Shown piece by piece: positions 52,375 to 59,446 of a stretch of 60,556 bases of DNA (position 1 is its first letter; every line of letters starts with the position of its first letter). The stretch is from Candidatus Ratteibacteria bacterium (lineage in GTDB: Bacteria > CAIJMQ01). Under the pieces are notes generated by a model that was not told the DNA's origin, did not search any database, and saw only the letters and a program-made list of their open reading frames with translations. A program made the position numbers and the translations under genes. The stretch lies in assembly GCA_028715665.1 (NCBI GenBank), contig JAQURI010000002.1, positions 1 to 60,556 on the forward strand. The letters are read 5' to 3'.

Positions 52375-52869
52375 TGATTTAATAAGTTTATTATAATACA
52401 ATATATACTTGTTTAAATACGACCTGTTATCGTCCCACGGTACTGGTGTCGTTCTGGATTCATCTACCATTCCTGCACCAACGAAGAGCATATAGTTAGA
52501 ATACCTTTTGGCGGCGTTAATTAAATAGCATAACGTAGTATCAAAGTCATACGGACTGGTAACGAATCGGTTCTCTCTCTTGAGGATACAACAGTCATTC
52601 ACTCCAATATTGAAAATGAAAAATATGTTTTCACCTTCATCCTTTTCGACCAATTTGGCATCAGTCTCGTCCTTAAACCGGTTCAATACATCAGTTATGG
52701 TATTACCTGATATTCCAAGATTATATATCAATGGAAAATCAGAGTTCCAGAATTCGGGCTTTGATACTGTTTTTTTATCAAAATATTTTCTCAGCCGCTG
52801 AACCCACCCGCCTTCTATATCCCACGCTCCGTATGTGATACTGTCACCAAAAACAAGTATTTGTGTCAC
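52357..52869 (-). pseudogene. SGNH/GDSL hydrolase, N-terminal fragment (truncated by cassette)
   Basis: MTQILVFGDSITYGAWD (block I GDS), NLGISGNT (block II), FNIGVNDC (block III); the ORF ends inside the right TIR. Confidence 0.8.
52375..52382. repeat. target-site duplication tgatttaa (right)
   Basis: identical to 51719-51726. Confidence 0.8.
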
Positions 52870-53330
52870 AAATTACACCGACTTTTGATTGGGCTATCCG
52901 ATTTAAATAACCCTCTTCTTATCGGTTCAATCTTTCCTTTATCCGCTAGGTTCTCCAGTGTTATGTACAGCCTATTTGCAAATAAGGAACCGTCTATGCC
53001 ATGATAGTTTGCTCTTCCGAGCGCAAGTACCATATCGCATAAGTCACCAAACTTTAATACCCCACCATTTTCTTTGAGTAAACCCATTACAACATCCTGC
53101 CTGATATCTTCGCATAATGTGGAAAGCATGGTGTCTGCATCTTTTGACAGACCTTCCCTTTTATAACAAATGCCTTTATCTCCTCCGCTTGCCACTGTAA
53201 TATAAATGTAATAATCCGGCATACAATCGGTCGGTTTTGGTTCACTGTCTGATTTGATATGATACGTATTTGCCGATACCAGTCCGAATCCGATTTCGTT
53301 CAAATCTTTTAAAAACTGTGCGAATCCCAT
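52866..53330 (-). CDS. hypothetical protein (C-terminal wHTH-like)
   Basis: 154-aa ORF; 4-nt overlap with the hydrolase start. Confidence 0.55.
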   Translation of the reverse strand: MGFAQFLKDLNEIGFGLVSANTYHIKSDSEPKPTDCMPDYYIYITVASGGDKGICYKREGLSKDADTMLSTLCEDIRQDVVMGLLKENGGVLKFGDLCDMVLALGRANYHGIDGSLFANRLYITLENLADKGKIEPIRRGLFKSDSPIKSRCNL

Positions 53331-53333
53331 GCT

Positions 53334-53612
53334 TCACTTCCCGTAATATGTTATTGAATAGAACTTCCCGTTCGTTTCTGCGAGAATGTGATGTTCCACA
53401 CATTTCTCCAGTGTCGATTTCAAAAGGTCTTCAGTATATTTTATTCCTTGATTCAGTTCGTTTTTCAGTGCTTCAACCGTAACGCCTTCGTGCGGCATCC
53501 CTATTGGGATTTTCCTGTTGATAACAAATATTATCCCTTCAATGCTTATCGCCAGCCGTACTTCTTCCGGTGTGAATCCTAGTTTGTTTAGGAGATATTC
53601 CAGTTTTGGCAT
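53334..53612 (-). CDS. hypothetical protein
   Basis: 92-aa ORF in chain. Confidence 0.5.
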   Translation of the reverse strand: MPKLEYLLNKLGFTPEEVRLAISIEGIIFVINRKIPIGMPHEGVTVEALKNELNQGIKYTEDLLKSTLEKCVEHHILAETNGKFYSITYYGK

Positions 53613-53681
53613 GTTTGAGAAAAAAATATGTTAAAGATGCTCGGACGTTGTTTTATACGAACATCTTTACGTGCAGGTTGT

Positions 53682-53969
53682 TTACTTCTTCGGGGTCTCG
53701 ATGCCGACCTTTTTCACGAACGGTTTCTTTATTTTCTCTGGCATCCATGCAGGTCTTTTTTCCGGTGCGGCAACGATTGCATGATAACCTGTGAATACGT
53801 GTATTTTCTTCGTGCCACGTTCCCTTAACCTGATTGTTTCTGGAGCTTCTTTCGTTCCGTTACCGGCATTAGCTGCTTTCAGTGCCGCTTGTCTTGGGGC
53901 TGTGCCTGTGAATGTTCCGCCTTCAATTCCATCTTTACCTACAATAACGTAGTTTTTCGTTTCACTCAT
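53682..53969 (-). CDS. chromatin protein MC1 homologue
   Basis: from the ATG at 53969: MSETKNYVIVGKDG..GTFTGTAPRQAALKAANAGNGTKEAPETIRLRERGTKKIHVFTGY..APEKRPAWMPEKIKKPFVKK, colinear with Methanosarcina MC1; the track start at 54059 is too far upstream. Confidence 0.9.
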   Translation of the reverse strand: MSETKNYVIVGKDGIEGGTFTGTAPRQAALKAANAGNGTKEAPETIRLRERGTKKIHVFTGYHAIVAAPEKRPAWMPEKIKKPFVKKVGIETPKK

Positions 53970-54153
53970 ATATTCTATTCCTCCGATTTTATTTTCGGTA
54001 TAAGGAACGGCCATTGGCCTTTCCCATGTTATGTTTATATTTAAAGTATATATACGCATCGGTTGAGTTTGACTTTACTAACCCGTGCTTGTTCTTACCA
54101 TAGAAACTTATATATATTGCCTATCAAAATCTATTGTACGAGGTGTCAATTAA

Positions 54154-55188
54154 ATGCCAGACAATAAAGAAATAAACCGCCTTATTGGTGTAAAAATCGG
54201 CAGCACGTATTCTGTTTCTGCTGCTCGTGAAGAACATGAAACTCCTGTAACGAATGTGATTAAATCGTGTGTTTCTCCAGTTACCGACCCCGATACTACT
54301 GTTTTGAATGATACTTATATCGGTGTTGAGCGACCTGATTCGGTATTCCCGCTCGATAAGGGTATTATCGAAAATGATGCAAATATCCTGTTAACGATAG
54401 CGATTATTAATAAACTTAATATCCCTCCCGGAGCCTATGTCGTTGCAGCCATTCCTGCTCTTGAACTAACCGATGGACGGGCGCGGTTGAAGAGGGCTCT
54501 TCTGGAATCACTCAAACCTGCGAAGATGGTATTGTCCCCGGAAGTATATTGTGGGGCGGTTACTGCTCTTGGATATTCTGAGATTAACGGGAAGCAAAGA
54601 CTGAAGGCACTCCATTCTGATTTCCTTGCCCTTAACCTTGGGTCAACCACAACTGAAGTCCTTATCGCTCTTCATGGGGAACGTAAATATCTCAAAGCGT
54701 TCACGAAGGTTTGCGGGAATATGGTCGATTCTGAACTATTCGATACATTGCATAACACGTTCGGAAAAGTGCTAATCACCATGCCCCAGATAAGGGATAT
54801 AAAAGAACAGTTCAATATGATAAACCAAAAAGACGTCATAGTGAATGTCTTGACCCATAGCGACGGTGTGAAAAAAGTTCCCGTTCAGAAAGTCGTTATG
54901 AGTGTACTTGATAATTACGTGTTCAATGTATCCGATTTACTGGTGAATATCCTGAAAAACAATCTTACTCCTGAGACTATTGCCCAAGTCCTTGATACCC
55001 CTATCGTCCTGACCGGTGGAATGAACAATATTCCCGGATTGGCTGAACGGATTGAAAAGAAAATGCGTGAACTACTGCATTACGAGAAACTGACCGTCTT
55101 GAAACAGGTCGATGGACATATCGCCCCGGCAATTGGTGCACTTACTCTGTCCACTGAAATTAACTGGGAGAAGATTCCGGTTGCTTAA
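54154..55188 (+). CDS. actin/MreB/ParM-superfamily ATPase
   Basis: 344 aa; phosphate-1-like IGVKIGSTYS, phosphate-2 ALNLGSTTTEV, adenosine motif IVLTGGMNNIPGL. Confidence 0.7.
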   Translation: MPDNKEINRLIGVKIGSTYSVSAAREEHETPVTNVIKSCVSPVTDPDTTVLNDTYIGVERPDSVFPLDKGIIENDANILLTIAIINKLNIPPGAYVVAAIPALELTDGRARLKRALLESLKPAKMVLSPEVYCGAVTALGYSEINGKQRLKALHSDFLALNLGSTTTEVLIALHGERKYLKAFTKVCGNMVDSELFDTLHNTFGKVLITMPQIRDIKEQFNMINQKDVIVNVLTHSDGVKKVPVQKVVMSVLDNYVFNVSDLLVNILKNNLTPETIAQVLDTPIVLTGGMNNIPGLAERIEKKMRELLHYEKLTVLKQVDGHIAPAIGALTLSTEINWEKIPVA

Positions 55189-55316
55189 TTTTCATGGGCG
55201 TATTATGAAATCAACACAGTTTCAGGGCTTATTGATAGAATCTTGGGGTTAAGGGATGAGCGCAAACTCCCGGCTTCAGCCGTGGGAGAGGTTCAATCAA
55301 GGATATGAGAGGTACC

Positions 55317-55790
55317 ATGGCTGAAAAAACACTTCCGTTGTTGGTTAAGGAGCGGGTCTGGGATACATTGACCTCCGGGCTTGACCCGGAGGACGACCCG
55401 TGTGGGGATATCGACGATATCAAAGATAATACCAGCTATGCGATTGATATTACTATTTATGAAACTGCTAAATCTATCTTGGAGGATATCGAAAAGGCTG
55501 ACGACCCGAAGAACAATGCTATTCTTGTCCGATTAAAGAAACGATGGCTTGTGCCCTGTCCCCTTGACCCGAAGGATGATTGCGCCTGTGACCGGTGTGG
55601 AGTTGCGGACGCTATAGTTCGTAAACATAAAAACGACAAAAGCTCGTTCGGGGAACCGATATATAAACGGATAAAACATTCTGATGGGAGCGTGACCTAT
55701 ACAAGAAGGAAAAAACCTCTAAAGCGAACCACCAAGAAGAAAAAACGGAATAGCGATGGAAGAAGGGAACTTGGTGATGATAATCGGTAA
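55317..55790 (+). CDS. hypothetical protein with basic C-terminal tail
   Basis: ORF downstream of the actin-like gene; GAGAGG precedes the ATG at 55317 (alternative ATG at 55305). Confidence 0.5.
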   Translation: MAEKTLPLLVKERVWDTLTSGLDPEDDPCGDIDDIKDNTSYAIDITIYETAKSILEDIEKADDPKNNAILVRLKKRWLVPCPLDPKDDCACDRCGVADAIVRKHKNDKSSFGEPIYKRIKHSDGSVTYTRRKKPLKRTTKKKKRNSDGRRELGDDNR

Positions 55791-55795
55791 TAAAC

Positions 55796-56245
55796 ATGCC
55801 TGACGATAATGAAGATTCTATAGTCTGGATATTTATGTTTTTTTGCCCTTACTGTAAAAGCAAAGATACTATCTGGTATGGAAAAAGGTATAATAAAACC
55901 GAAATTAAATCGAAACGAAAATGCAAATCCTGTAGACGGGTTTATACAAATCAACCGTCCAGAGCTAAAGGTAAAAAGAATACATTGGAATCAATAAATC
56001 TCGCTATCAATATCGCAAAAGACCATAGCCTGAGAGAGACCGAAAGTATTCTGAAGGAGAAATATGGAATCCAAATAACCCATGCTTCGATATCTAATTG
56101 GAAAAAACAGCATGAGGCATTGCTTAAAAAAATTGAGATTGTAGAGAAAGATGACCCGGATTGGATATATAAACCGATATTGAAAACAAATACACGACCT
56201 GATTATGATGGAAATAAAATAGAAGCTGAGTGGATGGACGTATGA
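55796..56245 (+). CDS. zinc-ribbon + HTH protein (IS1/IS1595 transposase N-terminal-like, no DDE domain)
   Basis: FCPYCKSKDTIWYGKRYNK...KRKCKSCRRVYT, then an HTH-like SLRETESILKEKYGIQITHASISNW. Confidence 0.55.
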   Translation: MPDDNEDSIVWIFMFFCPYCKSKDTIWYGKRYNKTEIKSKRKCKSCRRVYTNQPSRAKGKKNTLESINLAINIAKDHSLRETESILKEKYGIQITHASISNWKKQHEALLKKIEIVEKDDPDWIYKPILKTNTRPDYDGNKIEAEWMDV

Positions 56246-56592
56246 AAAACAAAAGAGATAGCTTCCTGACACGATATCTTGAACTCAGGGATGAAGTCGA
56301 AGATAAATACGGTATTAAACGACCCGACCCCATCGCTATTCTTGTGTATTACCTTCATAATTTTACTGAAATAAAAGAACCACGGGCAATGAGACGGTTG
56401 CTGGATGTCCCGCTCGACCGGATACTTGATAGGCTCTGTAAAATGGGATTCATTTCACTTCCTGAAAAGCCCACTAAACCTTTAAAAACAAAACTCCAGC
56501 AGTTCGTTCGAGATGAGTTACCTTCTTTTGGTAGTATTGAACATAAAGAAAAAAGTGATGAAGAAAAGCTAATGGATTTCGTGAGTACCTGA
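56242..56592 (+). CDS. hypothetical protein (wHTH-like)
   Basis: the ATG at 56242 overlaps the upstream stop (ATGA); the track GTG start is 56230. Confidence 0.5.
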   Translation: MKNKRDSFLTRYLELRDEVEDKYGIKRPDPIAILVYYLHNFTEIKEPRAMRRLLDVPLDRILDRLCKMGFISLPEKPTKPLKTKLQQFVRDELPSFGSIEHKEKSDEEKLMDFVST

Positions 56593-56598
56593 AAAATA

Positions 56599-56898
56599 TT
56601 AGAACCCAAAATGTTTTCTACCGAGTTTTTTATTCCAGTCGTTGAGCATCTGTTCGATGTACTCTTCCTGACCTGCGACAGCACCGAAGCTACCGTGGAA
56701 TACGTCTAAAATTGATAAGTCCTGCTCATCCAACCATTTCTTTTGTTCAGGCGTCCTCAGATGTGCTTTCACGAACTCTACTGCATATTCTTCATAATTC
56801 ATGAACGCATGAACTTCTTCGATATTGATTCCTGTATGTTTTGATATCTCTTCTTCAGCGAGTTCTTCTGCTGATTTTAGTGTTCTCTTCTTTTCCAT
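56599..56898 (-). CDS. hypothetical protein
   Basis: 99-aa ORF in chain. Confidence 0.5.
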   Translation of the reverse strand: MEKKRTLKSAEELAEEEISKHTGINIEEVHAFMNYEEYAVEFVKAHLRTPEQKKWLDEQDLSILDVFHGSFGAVAGQEEYIEQMLNDWNKKLGRKHFGF

Positions 56899-56900
56899 CT

Positions 56901-57257
56901 TTAGACCCTTGAACCCAGTGGGCTTAAAAGTTCTGGATTCTCTAAGATATTTCCAACGACTTCTAGTTCCTTTAAGTCATTCATTTCAGTTATAAAATGG
57001 TCATACATCCATCCTTTTCTTGCAATCATAATTCCCGCCTGTTCTTCCGACCATTTGATGAGATAGAGATTGTTATCGTCCTTTAAAAAATCGCCTTCAT
57101 AAATCTCTTTGCCTTTCTTGTCTTTTTTGCCTGTGAACAGATAACTTTCATGCTGATTTATGGTGAATTGAATTTTACCCCCTCTAAACCCCCAATAATG
57201 CCATTTTGTAAGTTTTCCATCTTCCCAAATCGGTTGTCTGAATTTTATTTCGTCCAT
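56901..57257 (-). CDS. YopX-family protein
   Basis: KFRQP..., DKKGKEIYEGDFL, EVVGNILENPELL are hallmark YopX motifs. Confidence 0.8.
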   Translation of the reverse strand: MDEIKFRQPIWEDGKLTKWHYWGFRGGKIQFTINQHESYLFTGKKDKKGKEIYEGDFLKDDNNLYLIKWSEEQAGIMIARKGWMYDHFITEMNDLKELEVVGNILENPELLSPLGSRV

Positions 57258-57264
57258 GATATCC

Positions 57265-57561
57265 CTAAAATACTATTTTCTTAATATAAATATCGCTTTT
57301 TTTTCGGTTTGAATATCCGTTTTTCGTATTTATGAGAACAGTTGTGTCAAGGTCTTTTTCAATTACCCCTGTATGAAAAGCATAACTAGCGTCAACAACG
57401 TCAAAAAAAATCTCCATCCCAACAACGGTATTTACAATTTTGTTTGCGAAAGACAAAGGTACTTTTTCAAATACTTCACATTCTATCGTGGTAAATTCCC
57501 TGTCTTTTATCTTTAGTGGCATAGAATCGTTGTTTTGCTGGGATGGAGAAGCTTTTATCAC
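57265..57561 (-). CDS. hypothetical protein
   Basis: 98-aa ORF; 4-nt overlap with the upstream gene. Confidence 0.45.
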   Translation of the reverse strand: MIKASPSQQNNDSMPLKIKDREFTTIECEVFEKVPLSFANKIVNTVVGMEIFFDVVDASYAFHTGVIEKDLDTTVLINTKNGYSNRKKSDIYIKKIVF

Positions 57562-57935
57562 TTGTTTTTCGCCAGAACCCGGAGCTTATTTAATGTGGCT
57601 TCTTTTTTGTTCGCTTTTTCGTTTATTTCAGCTTCCAAGTCTGCAACAATGGCAGTGAACGGTACTTTCAATGTATATACCTTGTTTGGTCTGCCTTTTC
57701 CGCTGGTCTTTTTCTCATATGTTTCCGAGACCCAGCCCCGTTTTATCAAGGACGTGACCCCGATACTGACTTCCGGTTGCCTTAGACCGACCCTCTGTTC
57801 GAGGTCTATCGCTCTTGTTGTTCCGAGGCTGTGGAGTCCTGCCAGTGCCAAGGCTGGTGCCCTTTTAATACCAAGACTTTGTAATCCGCTTGTTATATCT
57901 TCTTCTGTTTGGTTCATTCGTGTTATATCTTTCAT
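57558..57935 (-). CDS. TrmB/ArsR-like winged-helix transcriptional regulator
   Basis: GLQSLGIKRAPALALAGLHSLGTTRAIDLEQRVGLRQPEVSIGVTSLIKRGWV; directly downstream of a type-1 promoter. Confidence 0.65.
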   Translation of the reverse strand: MKDITRMNQTEEDITSGLQSLGIKRAPALALAGLHSLGTTRAIDLEQRVGLRQPEVSIGVTSLIKRGWVSETYEKKTSGKGRPNKVYTLKVPFTAIVADLEAEINEKANKKEATLNKLRVLAKNK

Positions 57936-57958
57936 TTAAATCACCATCCTAATTATTT

Positions 57959-57983
57959 AAACATAAAGAATATAAAGATATCG
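57959..57983 (-). promoter_or_regulatory. type-1 promoter motif
   Basis: minus-sense CGATATCTTTATATTCTTTATGTTT about 40 nt upstream of the ATG at 57935. Confidence 0.6.
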
Positions 57984-57989
57984 TTATTG

Positions 57990-58009
57990 GGTTCTGTTAA
58001 GTTGACGGG
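57990..58009. repeat. solo copy of the SET-cassette terminal repeat
   Basis: ggttctgttaagttgacggg, 19/20 to the left TIR at 51727; no inverted partner found nearby. Confidence 0.6.
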
Positions 58010-58031
58010 GTATTTCTGCACATACAGTTAG

Positions 58032-58508
58032 TTAAAACAGATTTAAACTTGTTTTAAAATAAAATAATAATATTATTACGATTGAATACTTAATGAGCTT
58101 CCCGAAAAAAACTATCATAATGAATTTTTTAGCCTGCATTTTACAAGCCCCTGCAAGTATAGTGAGAAAATCTACAGGAAGATAAATTGGTATTAGAAGG
58201 GCAAAAAATAATCCCACATCCCCATGCTTTTTAGAAAATAACTCGGCTTTTTTTAGTTCGTGTTCATAACGAGGGAACTTTGACTCAAACCATTTAAACC
58301 CGATGATACCAATCCCATAATTCATTAAACTCCCAATCACCGAACCGATGGTTGCCACTGCTATGAGTGATATTGGAGGAATATTTGTTATAGATAATAC
58401 TGCTAACGATACCTCAACCGAGAATGGAATAAATATTGTTGAACCAAAAACAGACGTTATGAACAGACCGATTAGCTCATATTGTTCGATTTCCGTTAAC
58501 ATCATCAA
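58032..58508 (-). CDS. DedA/VTT-domain-like membrane protein (putative)
   Basis: 158 aa, 4-5 TM; loose match to the DedA pattern (..IPFSVEV.., ..LPVDFLTILAGACKM..). Confidence 0.45.
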   Translation of the reverse strand: MMMLTEIEQYELIGLFITSVFGSTIFIPFSVEVSLAVLSITNIPPISLIAVATIGSVIGSLMNYGIGIIGFKWFESKFPRYEHELKKAELFSKKHGDVGLFFALLIPIYLPVDFLTILAGACKMQAKKFIMIVFFGKLIKYSIVIILLFYFKTSLNLF

Positions 58509-58873
58509 TCAGCATTCGTTGAAAATGGTACAGGACTATGAATCATCTCTAATTCAAGGCACAGCATTTGCCTGTGATTCATCAGCCCTGTCAGAGCCAA
58601 TTGTAATGCCAAGTCATTTGGATATCTTTTAACGAGTCTCATATTATCATGAATTAAGGCGTCGACCTGAATTAACTGGTTTTGAAGAAATCCTTTCTTT
58701 ATTATTCTTTCTTCCTTCAAAACGGGATACGCCCATGTATCCCCACATTTTCGGCACCTATAATGTTCAAAATCCGCATCAACCGAAACCGCACCGGAAT
58801 CACATCCTGACTTACAGGTTTTACAATATTTTCTTCTGTTCTTTTCTTTCTTTAATTCTTTATTTTCATCCAT
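58505..58873 (-). CDS. zinc-ribbon protein
   Basis: 122 aa; YCKTCKSGC...YRCRKCG. Confidence 0.5.
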   Translation of the reverse strand: MDENKELKKEKNRRKYCKTCKSGCDSGAVSVDADFEHYRCRKCGDTWAYPVLKEERIIKKGFLQNQLIQVDALIHDNMRLVKRYPNDLALQLALTGLMNHRQMLCLELEMIHSPVPFSTNAD

Positions 58874-58889
58874 ATGGTTGCCTCACTCC

Positions 58890-59270
58890 TTATGTTTCTT
58901 TTTGATTCTTACATCTTGTTTTAAGAACATATACTGTAGCTGCTCCGAGAATAAGGATAAGCATAATACCCAGCAATATATAACCCGTCAGGTTTTTTTC
59001 CGGGACGAACGGAATTGTAATTACCGGTGGTGCTGTTATCGCTGGTTGAACCTGTTCTGCCGTAACTTCCACTTGCTCTTTCGTGGGTATTACCCCGCTC
59101 CGTTCAACAATCGCAAACGATGAAAAACCTGATGACTGTGATTCATAATAGGTATATTTGTTATCCTTACTGATTATTGCAGTCGGAAGGTCTTTCCATA
59201 CTCCGTCATTCCAGCGTGCCATGGCAATAATAAATATAAGCTGTTTGTTCCTGTTTTTATTCCTGTTCAT
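58890..59270 (-). CDS. C-terminally membrane-anchored hypothetical protein
   Basis: the ATG at 59270 lies downstream of the type-1 promoter at 59314; the track start at 59360 would translate the promoter. Confidence 0.45.
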   Translation of the reverse strand: MNRNKNRNKQLIFIIAMARWNDGVWKDLPTAIISKDNKYTYYESQSSGFSSFAIVERSGVIPTKEQVEVTAEQVQPAITAPPVITIPFVPEKNLTGYILLGIMLILILGAATVYVLKTRCKNQKET

Positions 59271-59313
59271 TCTATTCCTGTTTGAATTTTTTAATATTCC
59301 AAACAGGTTATGT

Positions 59314-59346
59314 GAAACATAATTACTATAAAGGTATCGGTCAATC
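59314..59346 (-). promoter_or_regulatory. type-1 promoter motif (extended)
   Basis: minus-sense GATTGACCGATACCTTTATAGTAATTATGTTTC, immediately preceded by TGTACGTACA (59350-59359). Confidence 0.6.
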
Positions 59347-59446
59347 AACTGTACGTACATGTTGCATAACTGAGATGAAAAATAGATGCCCCGCAGGAAT
59401 TGTATGGATTTGATATGTTAGTTAATGTACGTATCGGAAAGTTTAA

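Noticed and set aside
58900-58925. Possible right-hand inverted repeat (cttacatcttgttttaagaac) that would pair with the solo TIR at 57990 and make the DedA-like and Zn-ribbon genes a second cassette.
   Set aside because: Only patchy similarity to the TIR, no flanking target-site duplication and no subterminal repeat.
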